Of a DNA stretch of 40,359 nucleotides, positions 27,246 through 33,866 are shown in pieces (position 1 is the stretch's first letter; each line of letters begins with the position of its first letter). The translations under genes and the position numbers were made by a program. The notes beneath the pieces are model-generated. The model worked only from the letters and a program-made list of their open reading frames with translations. It was not told the DNA's origin and ran no database searches. Origin of the DNA: a virus. Its lineage: Duplodnaviria; Caudoviricetes. Where the stretch lies: IMG/VR virus record IMGVR_UViG_3300020045_003500, positions 1-40,359 of that record. The stretch is one strand, 5' to 3'.

Positions 27246-27654
27246 AGAAAGGCAGGTCGGACTCGTCTATCTGGACAGTCGGTACTTCTGGTTCGGCCTG
27301 TACCGTGTCGGTTTCGTCTGTCTTACTTCTCTTGTGTCCGAATTGCATACTATCGACTACTATTTCGGTTGTCTGCCTCTTACTGCCGTCTTTGGCTTCC
27401 CACGATCTGGTTTGTAGTCGACCTTCTACGTATAAACCATTTCCTTTAGTCATGTATTGTTTAATCAGCTCCGCTGTTTTCCCGAAAGCAACTAGATTGT
27501 GAAACTCTGCGGATTCTTGTTTCTGGCCATCTTTACCTCTCCACGTTCTATTTGTAGCGAGCGAGAAATTACACACATCAGTTCCTGATGGTAGCTTCTT
27601 GAGTTCAGGGTCACGAGTTAAGTTACCGTACAAAAACACTTTATTTATAAACAT
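27244..27654 (-). CDS. ssb: Single-stranded DNA-binding protein
   Basis: NKVFLYGNLTRDPE, VEGRLQTRSW, acidic DLPF tail. Confidence 0.97.
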   Translation of the reverse strand: MFINKVFLYGNLTRDPELKKLPSGTDVCNFSLATNRTWRGKDGQKQESAEFHNLVAFGKTAELIKQYMTKGNGLYVEGRLQTRSWEAKDGSKRQTTEIVVDSMQFGHKRSKTDETDTVQAEPEVPTVQIDESDLPF

Positions 27655-27658
27655 CTAG

Positions 27659-28309
27659 TTATAGTAGCTCTTTTTGGCATAGTTCTTGTATGCCCGACCA
27701 TGCATTTCGAATGCGCTTGGTCATTTTTATTATGTCCGTCATATCTCGTTTGGTAGGGAAGCGCCAGATCTCGCCAGTTGGTCTTAAACGGCCGTCAGGA
27801 TCGTATTCCACCTCTACGTTCACTAATTCTATGTCTTGTGGTATTTTGCCCGTTTTTAGCCAAATGGCGGTGGTGTAGAAGCCAATCTGGCCTGACTCAT
27901 CTACCATCTTTTGAGTCCAACGTCTCACAGAAGTCTTGTATTCTTTGAAAGCCGTGTAATCAGACTTAGCGGTGTCGGGTAATGAGAGAAGGGGAATCGG
28001 GTCTTTACCATTTTCTAAGACTGGCACAAATATATTTGTCTTATCTCTTTCGAAGTATATTTTGATTCCTTTCTCATCCGTAACTGGTCTGTCCATCAGT
28101 TCGAATTTGGGTAATTTTGCGGCCATTAGGTCGAGGAATGGGTCGCCAGTTGCTTCGTCTGACTCCAATCCCTCGGCAAATTGGCTACCATAGGCCATAT
28201 TTCGGTTTATGCGCTGTTTTTTCTTGTAAATGTACTGTTCAACGTAAAGTTCGGGCGATCGTTCAAACAGGGTCATTTGGCTGAAGCTGAGGTATGGTTT
28301 TGGGGTCAT
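27659..28309 (-). CDS. PD-(D/E)XK exonuclease (recombination partner of Bet)
   Basis: YLSFSQ, PD..EYKTS, Q..FY motifs. Confidence 0.75.
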   Translation of the reverse strand: MTPKPYLSFSQMTLFERSPELYVEQYIYKKKQRINRNMAYGSQFAEGLESDEATGDPFLDLMAAKLPKFELMDRPVTDEKGIKIYFERDKTNIFVPVLENGKDPIPLLSLPDTAKSDYTAFKEYKTSVRRWTQKMVDESGQIGFYTTAIWLKTGKIPQDIELVNVEVEYDPDGRLRPTGEIWRFPTKRDMTDIIKMTKRIRNAWSGIQELCQKELL

Positions 28310-28313
28310 CGTC

Positions 28314-29183
28314 TTATGTCTTTGATGTTAGCTCTTCCACTCTCAAATTTATGGTTCTAATTAAGTCTGCCTTCTGACTAGGCGTGTATTTATCAGAATT
28401 CTCTACTTTGCTCTTATAGTCAATTAACTGGTCAAGCGTAGCAGTTTTAAACGCAGCGCTTAGTGTTTCGTAGCCTTTTTGTGTCTTATCGGCTTGGTTG
28501 TCTACTTGCACCGTGCGATCCATTTCCTCTTGAGCGTACATTCCGCTTAGAAGCTTTGGAAACGTCTTACGTAACGCTAATGCCTCGGCACACTTCCCAA
28601 GCATCAGGTAGGGTCGTATATGCCATTGGAAGCCCATCTTTGGTCCTGGGTAGTATTCTTCCCAGCGTGCGGTGGCCGTGAATGGTAATCTTTGGCCCTC
28701 GAGCATTTTGTAGACTGTGACCGTTGCTTTTAGCGGCACAGTGATTTTCTTCTTATCCAATTCGATTTCCTTCTCGCCTTCGAATATCGGATCATCGTTT
28801 CCAGCATAAGTTCCACTTGATTCTGCAATGCTTCTGAATCCGTCTATGGACACTTGTATCGCTCTGATTTCCTTTCCAGATTTACTATCCCAGCGTGGCA
28901 CGAGGAAGACTTGTTTTAAGAATGGATTGAGGTTGGCGCCTTTGCATACTTGGATGAATAGACGTAATTCATCGTCATCAGCGCCTTTGGCGATAGTGTT
29001 CTTGATTAAGGCAAGCTGTGTCTTAGTGAGCTTTCCGAACGCATCAGCTGGTGCAATTTCTCTATTCTCGAATACTTTCTCGATTACACGTACTTCTTTC
29101 TTCTCGGTAGGTGTTAGTTCTGGCTGTTTTTCTGGTTCTTGAGATACTGGCGTTTCTAATTTTTCTTCTGTTTTTTTAGTCAT
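28314..29183 (-). CDS. bet: Bet/RecT single-strand annealing protein
   Basis: DDELRLF..C...LNPF.KQ, VSIDGFR.IA, P.LMLGKCAEALALRK.FP. Confidence 0.9.
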   Translation of the reverse strand: MTKKTEEKLETPVSQEPEKQPELTPTEKKEVRVIEKVFENREIAPADAFGKLTKTQLALIKNTIAKGADDDELRLFIQVCKGANLNPFLKQVFLVPRWDSKSGKEIRAIQVSIDGFRSIAESSGTYAGNDDPIFEGEKEIELDKKKITVPLKATVTVYKMLEGQRLPFTATARWEEYYPGPKMGFQWHIRPYLMLGKCAEALALRKTFPKLLSGMYAQEEMDRTVQVDNQADKTQKGYETLSAAFKTATLDQLIDYKSKVENSDKYTPSQKADLIRTINLRVEELTSKT

Positions 29184-29493
29184 GGTTTTTATTTGTTATT
29201 ACGCTTGATTTAACTTCTTTGAAGTACAAGTCTCGTTCGACACCGAGTCCTCTTACCTTAAGTTCTTCTAACTCTTGGAGTCCGAAGCTTCCCCACCCAT
29301 CTTCTGGACTGCCGAGTCCATATAAGGTCGCATACCCATAGAATATCTTTGTTTCTGGGTCATATTCGGTAGCGTACCAAGCAGCTGGTGTGAAGGCGTG
29401 AAAGAATTTGGCAATGATTATCGGATCGGGATTGTTCTCTTGAGATCCGATTTCTGCGAAGCGATCAATCAGTTCTTTGGTGAGTAGTTTCAT
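29176..29493 (-). CDS. DUF2958-like protein
   Basis: MKLLT..IIAKFF..WYATEYD..FYGY..WGSF.L.ELE..VERDLYF. Confidence 0.75.
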   Translation of the reverse strand: MKLLTKELIDRFAEIGSQENNPDPIIIAKFFHAFTPAAWYATEYDPETKIFYGYATLYGLGSPEDGWGSFGLQELEELKVRGLGVERDLYFKEVKSSVITNKNHD

Positions 29494-29494
29494 G

Positions 29495-30085
29495 TTATAT
29501 TTTCCCGATTGATCCGCTTTCCTCGGTGTAGACTTCGACTCCTGGAATGATCGTTCCATCTAAGGCTAATCGTCTGATTAAGACCATGTCAGGCACAAGA
29601 TAGTCACGAGGGATTAAAGCCTCATTAGTGATTCTTACTTTTCTATTGACCCTTATCTGAAATTCGCCGACTTTGCCTCGAGTGGTGTTATCGACTCTTA
29701 CTATCTCATCCATCTTTCGTTCTGCAGTTTCAATCTTTAGCGTACCTTTCTCGGCTCTCGCTGCAATCTTAGCCTCTTCGGCTTTCACTTCTGCATCTCT
29801 CTGTCGCTTGTAGTCGATGAGCTTGCGTTTAATTATATCGCCAGCTTTTTCGTATTGTTCTTCAAGCGGTCTGAATAGATCACGCACGTTTCGCAATGAT
29901 TCGTTAAGCGGTTTAGTGATGGATTCCTTTTTATTTGTTATTTGGGACCCGATCTCCTTCAACTTAGTTCCGATATCGATTGCGAGTACGTAATCATCAG
30001 CAGTCTTTATCTCCATCTCGTTGGCTTGGTTTTCCAGTTTGGATATTTGAGCCTTGAGAGGTGTCAGTTCTTTATTTTCAATCAT
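29495..30085 (-). CDS. Coiled-coil phage protein (Gp157/Gam-like neighbour of recombinase)
   Basis: Long coiled coil, then LIPRDYL.PD...IPGV.VY. Confidence 0.6.
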   Translation of the reverse strand: MIENKELTPLKAQISKLENQANEMEIKTADDYVLAIDIGTKLKEIGSQITNKKESITKPLNESLRNVRDLFRPLEEQYEKAGDIIKRKLIDYKRQRDAEVKAEEAKIAARAEKGTLKIETAERKMDEIVRVDNTTRGKVGEFQIRVNRKVRITNEALIPRDYLVPDMVLIRRLALDGTIIPGVEVYTEESGSIGKI

Positions 30086-30134
30086 GTTTTATTCTTTTGT
30101 TAATCTTCTGTCACTTCGACCTTTCGGCACTCCT

Positions 30135-30178
30135 ATTATACCAAGCGTTCGGTATAATAGGAAGCGGAAAGTGGATAA
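30135..30178 (-). promoter_or_regulatory. Sigma70 promoter with operator and DnaA box
   Basis: TTATCCACT-6 nt-TTCCTA-17 nt-TATAAT; TATTATACC/GGTATAATA inverted repeat. Confidence 0.72.
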
Positions 30179-30358
30179 CTATATCTCTATAGTTTTAATG
30201 AAGACATCATACTTATTGGATCCTCTTCGTTTCCGAATAGCCGCATCGTAGATAGAATTGATGTCTGGATTAGCCACGTCTTTTAAGTTCTGGACTAATC
30301 CTTCAGCTTCTTTTTTTGAGAACGGGCCTTTGTACGTCTTTTGCCAGATGTGCTTCAT
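30179..30358 (-). CDS. Hypothetical protein
   Basis: MKHIWQK start via ATGA overlap. Confidence 0.5.
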   Translation of the reverse strand: MKHIWQKTYKGPFSKKEAEGLVQNLKDVANPDINSIYDAAIRKRRGSNKYDVFIKTIEI

Positions 30359-30504
30359 TGTCTGGCCATTGGCGGTATGTTTTCCGACATTGTATTCCTC
30401 CAGCACTCTGCGGTTACTGGATCGCAAGTGGGGAACATATGCGATTCATCTCTTAGTCCGAACGCCCAGTTGATGGCGTTCAGTATTCTTTTTATTAAGT
30501 TCAT
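30355..30504 (-). CDS. 49-aa hypothetical protein (not in ORF track)
   Basis: MNLIKRILNAINWAFG...; TAATG and ATGA coupling at both ends. Confidence 0.45.
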   Translation of the reverse strand: MNLIKRILNAINWAFGLRDESHMFPTCDPVTAECWRNTMSENIPPMARQ

Positions 30505-30959
30505 TAGTATTTCCTAAGTTCTTTAGGTACTACTTTGAGGCCTCGACGTAAGCCTCGGTTTATCTTTTCTCGGATGTATGAGTCGTATCGTGATTTGTGT
30601 TTTCTCTTTATAGGCATTCCTAATTCCCTCATTCTGGTATAAGCCCACTCCGTAGCGTTATGCTCCGCCAACGCTCTATTTGTTCCGTTTCGGTAGCTGG
30701 CATTCTCAGCTACGATGTGTCCGATTTCATGGAAGGCTGTGAGGAATCTTCCATAAGATGTAGGCACGTTAGCAAGACAAATCTTTCTATCTTCAACGTG
30801 AGCATGAGCTCGACTATGTCCTAGAGGTACTTGCGATCCTCTGCATCGGCATCGGAAGCATACATTTATGCCGTGCTTCATTACCTCATCACCAAACTTT
30901 TGCTGATACCAGTCAGACTTTTCTTTCTTCAGTTTCTGAAGTTCTTCGATTGGTAGCAT
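30504..30959 (-). CDS. HExxH metalloprotein (ImmA/IrrE-like motif)
   Basis: AFHEIGH...AEHNATEWA; first gene after the early promoter. Confidence 0.6.
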   Translation of the reverse strand: MLPIEELQKLKKEKSDWYQQKFGDEVMKHGINVCFRCRCRGSQVPLGHSRAHAHVEDRKICLANVPTSYGRFLTAFHEIGHIVAENASYRNGTNRALAEHNATEWAYTRMRELGMPIKRKHKSRYDSYIREKINRGLRRGLKVVPKELRKY

Positions 30960-31090
30960 ATTTATTTTCTGCGCCGAGGGTAAGTCTTGTTATTAGTTTT
31001 GAGCTACCCTGTTTGCAGTGATTTTTTGTCGACCTTTGGTTTGTATTATTTTCTGTTTTTAAGGTGCAGTCACTCTCTATCAGTATCTTA

Positions 31091-31144
31091 AGTATAAGCG
31101 ACCGCTCGGTATAAGTCAAATCGGTATAGCTGAAATGTGGATAA
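31091..31144 (-). promoter_or_regulatory. Early sigma70 promoter with operator, extra half-site and DnaA box
   Basis: TTATCCACA-16 nt-TTGACT-17 nt-TATACT. Confidence 0.8.
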
Positions 31145-31255
31145 CTGGCAGAGGCTTAAAAGCTCGTATTTATGCGGTTTTTCTGATATTCTACGACATT
31201 TTAAGTAACTAAAGTCAAGCCAAATCGTTTAATATATTAGGCTATAGCAATTAAC

Positions 31256-31308
31256 CAAAAAGGAGATATCCTTTTCCACCCCAGTCCGCTTGCGAACTTT
31301 AAGGGGTG
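31256..31308 (-). terminator. Probable terminator ending the lysis/late transcript
   Basis: CACCCC..GGGGTG hairpin, then AAAAGGA-TATC-TCCTTTTT. Confidence 0.45.
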
Positions 31309-31311
31309 TTT

Positions 31312-31401
31312 TTATTTCAACCAGTAATACTTAATCCAAAACGCAATATACCAAGCACTCGCAACGACAATTATTATTCTGCCGCCATATTGTTGGATCA
31401 T
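31312..31401 (-). CDS. 29-aa hydrophobic/aromatic peptide (not in ORF track)
   Basis: MIQQYGGRIIIVVASAWYIAFWIKYYWLK; ATGA-coupled to the lysozyme-like gene. Confidence 0.45.
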   Translation of the reverse strand: MIQQYGGRIIIVVASAWYIAFWIKYYWLK

Positions 31402-31877
31402 ACTCTCACAACAGGAGGCGATCCATGCTTCCTAATGCAGTCGGGGAATTCTCTTGTCCATTTAACATCGGGATCTTCGATCATCCGTGTCATTATTTCT
31501 TCTTGATGCCATCGACTCATCAAGTTGTTTCGCCAGTCAGCATCATCCCATTCACGCCAGTTAAAAAGATCGTATTTAATAACGTATCCCTTAAATGTAG
31601 GGGGCTTGAATTGATAGAGGCTGTAACTTGGCGTTCCGTCTAAATCATTTGGATTTATAGCCATTTGATTATCGGAGGACTCGCACATCCTCATTTTTTG
31701 ACGCCAATCTTCGTAAGTATAAGATTGGACTTTTGTTATAGCTTCTGCCGATTCGGGAATGTTATTTAACTGAATCGATATCGGTTTTAGTTGAGCGTGA
31801 ACTGCGCTTACTAAAACTAAAGCTATTAACCATATTATTGTAACTACGATTCTTCTTATCCACTTTTGTCTTTTCAA
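31398..31877 (-). CDS. Lysozyme-like/lytic transglycosylase with N-terminal TM or signal
   Basis: CESS..AIN...SYSLYQF..TF lysozyme-superfamily pattern. Confidence 0.72.
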   Translation of the reverse strand: MKRQKWIRRIVVTIIWLIALVLVSAVHAQLKPISIQLNNIPESAEAITKVQSYTYEDWRQKMRMCESSDNQMAINPNDLDGTPSYSLYQFKPPTFKGYVIKYDLFNWREWDDADWRNNLMSRWHQEEIMTRMIEDPDVKWTREFPDCIRKHGSPPVVRV

Positions 31878-31963
31878 AGTTGCTCTTTCGCAAGAGCTAT
31901 CCCTTTATTACACACTCAGGGATTAACTATATTATTCTTAACCTTTCTCTGTGCCAATATATG

Positions 31964-32035
31964 TTCCACCTGTTGGAATTGCACCAACTACCTTTGGCTT
32001 ATGAGACCAAAATGCATCTGTTACACCTAGGCGGG
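31964..32035 (-). tRNA. Degenerate tRNA(CAT)-like element (Met/fMet-like)
   Basis: CCCGCCT/AGGTGGA acceptor (C1:A72), TTGGT-CTCATAA-GCCAA, GTTGG-TGCAATT-CCAAC; lacks U8 and the D-loop GG. Confidence 0.65.
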
Positions 32036-32038
32036 ATC

Positions 32039-32209
32039 TAAGAGGCTTAAGCGGAAGCTTGGGTTTGTGATGACTACATTTGGTCGAAGAAATATGGTCA
32101 TCGGAGACATTGGGCTTTCATCACCAGCTTCCGCTTCAGTCGCAGTGCAATGAATGCATACTGCTGTTGTTGGTGATACATCGTACCAAGCTCCTGCTTA
32201 AACCTCTTA
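32039..32209 (-). ncRNA. Putative 171-nt structured RNA closed by a 24-bp stem
   Basis: 32209-32186 pairs with 32062-32039 (1 mismatch, 2 G-U), with internal hairpins. Confidence 0.6.
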
Positions 32210-32303
32210 ATTCAGTTGTAAAGGAGAGGGCTTTGACACGAATGTCGCAGCCCTCGAGTGTGGGAGGAGTGAGTCTCAAAATAGAGACTCGGTGGGATAG
32301 ATT

Positions 32304-32320
32304 TGGATCACCTCCTTTCT
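32304..32320 (-). promoter_or_regulatory. 17-nt perfect complement of the canonical 16S rRNA 3' tail (extended SD), no start codon
   Basis: Minus strand reads AGAAAGGAGGTGATCCA. Confidence 0.75.
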
Positions 32321-32400
32321 AAATGAACTGGTGAGGAAGTTAAGTCCTAATTGTGCCGTAGCACATGAGGGTCGATGCCCTACGTTGGGTTCGGACCTAA

Positions 32401-32455
32401 CTCCCTCGTTCCTGCTCTTCTCCTTTCCTTATGGGAGACGAGCAGAGCCAGAGAG
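32401..32455 (-). other. Long RNA hairpin, copy 2 of the two-copy motif
   Basis: TCTGCTC-G-TCTCC...GGAGA-A-GAGCAGG directly after the holin stop. Confidence 0.65.
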
Positions 32456-32686
32456 TTAAACCTTGCCTAGTATCTTACCTTTCTCATCAGTCAATAAGTT
32501 TTTAACGATGTAACCTAATCCTGCTACAGCGCCAACGGTAAACAGTAAACTCCAATCAGCCGTTAAAATATCAAAGCCAGGTACATTGACCCAGTCCGCT
32601 AGTTTAGCGACGACAGATGTTAAAACTGCCGTTACTGCTCCTTTGAGGAGATCTCTAAGGTTTAATCTAAATAATTTTGTTTGCAT
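32456..32686 (-). CDS. Holin (putative, 2 TM)
   Basis: MQTKLFRLNLRDLLKGAVTAV...LGYIVKNLLTD; next to the endolysin. Confidence 0.7.
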   Translation of the reverse strand: MQTKLFRLNLRDLLKGAVTAVLTSVVAKLADWVNVPGFDILTADWSLLFTVGAVAGLGYIVKNLLTDEKGKILGKV

Positions 32687-32735
32687 TTTTTTGTTTGATT
32701 TTGCCGACCTTTTATGCCGACTGCTCGCTATTTTT

Positions 32736-32779
32736 ATTATACTACGAATCCAGTCTCGATTGTAGCGCTTTGTGGATAA
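32736..32779 (-). promoter_or_regulatory. DnaA box plus -10 promoter for holin and ncRNA island
   Basis: TTATCCACA-29 nt-TATAAT; weak -35. Confidence 0.6.
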
Positions 32780-32780
32780 C

Positions 32781-33863
32781 TTACGAGCCATATAATTCAT
32801 TCAATTTTGCTCTTGTTTTTGGTCCTACCCATCTACCATTTACGCTCAAAATCTCTGACTCCGAGGCCACTTGGTACTTTCTCTGAAAATCTATAACCGC
32901 TTTTCTTGTGATCTCGCCATAGTATCCAGTCGGTTCTACATTAAACACACCGTTTACTTTGAGAGCAAACTGAAGTCTCTTAACTTCTTCACTTCTTTCT
33001 CCAAAATATATGGTCTTAGTAAAATAGTAATGGAACTCAGGCGGTGGCGGTGCAATAACTCTAGGATTAACCGAGAACCCCATCGCATATGGAATCGTAT
33101 AATCTAGGGCAAATCTCTTTCTGAACGGATCGTAGTGGTCAAACACATCCCACCATTGGCCCTCTTCTAAGTCGAATATTGAAGTCGCATGTGCCACTCC
33201 AAACCCACAAGTTAACAAGATTTCTGATGTATTCCACGGAGGGCAGACAGCGGTGGCTACTTGAAGAGGCGACTTCCTAAGATTAGTAGCATACCTGGCT
33301 AATGTTGTAGTCTCGGGAGTGTTCAGTCCTATCCATTCATATTTGACTTCGAATCGGTTTTTGAATTGTAACGCTTTATCCTTCAGTTCCTGTGGGATCT
33401 CTTTGTAGAACTCGCTCCATTCGAATATTCCTATGAACTCCCAGTCTTTTTGCGGAAGTAGTCCGTGATTTCTAATACTGTCAGCTACAGCTGGTAGTGA
33501 GTTACCATTAGTAGTGGTCCCACTCATCTTGGCCGTGAAACGGTCAGAGAAGTTGACTCTATTGTTTATATCTACGTATCCATTAGTTACCAACCAGTTA
33601 AAATCATCAGTCGATAGAATGCCTTGGTTGATCTTAAAGTTAAGCACCGTCTCTATCACATTCAACGCTGAAAAACTAACACATGCCATAGTGTCAAATG
33701 TACTCACTTTTTGACGTTCGTCAGTAGGTAGGTAAGAAGTCCAATCTCCCGATGGATTCAGCTCAATGTCAGCAATACCTGTTTCTGCGCCAGCAACGAA
33801 GTCCAACGGCTTCGGTGCAACTTCTATGAATCCTGTATTTTTATTTAGTTCTAGTTTTGTCAT
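32781..33863 (-). CDS. Papain-like cysteine peptidase with C-terminal peptidoglycan-binding domain (putative endolysin)
   Basis: Q..MACVSFSA, HA, FDHY catalytic pattern; EVKRLQ..TGYYGEITRKAV..FQ..VGPKTRAKLN. Confidence 0.8.
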   Translation of the reverse strand: MTKLELNKNTGFIEVAPKPLDFVAGAETGIADIELNPSGDWTSYLPTDERQKVSTFDTMACVSFSALNVIETVLNFKINQGILSTDDFNWLVTNGYVDINNRVNFSDRFTAKMSGTTTNGNSLPAVADSIRNHGLLPQKDWEFIGIFEWSEFYKEIPQELKDKALQFKNRFEVKYEWIGLNTPETTTLARYATNLRKSPLQVATAVCPPWNTSEILLTCGFGVAHATSIFDLEEGQWWDVFDHYDPFRKRFALDYTIPYAMGFSVNPRVIAPPPPEFHYYFTKTIYFGERSEEVKRLQFALKVNGVFNVEPTGYYGEITRKAVIDFQRKYQVASESEILSVNGRWVGPKTRAKLNELYGS

Positions 33864-33866
33864 TTT

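Noticed and set aside
30913-31119. 68-aa ORF in the track
   Set aside because: Its TTG start is the -35 box of the early promoter, and it spans the leader and overlaps the next gene.
32110-32145. Hammerhead ribozyme or tmRNA
   Set aside because: No CUGAnGA core with correctly placed stems; no GGGG..CCA tRNA-like ends or tag peptide.
32304-32322. 16S rRNA gene fragment on the plus strand
   Set aside because: Only the terminal ~17-19 nt match; the upstream helix 45 sequence is absent.
32080-32322. 80-aa plus-strand ORF and a 27-aa minus-strand ORF (MYHQQQQYAF...) inside the island
   Set aside because: No motifs or initiation context; the region is better explained by RNA structure, though the 27-aa peptide cannot be excluded.
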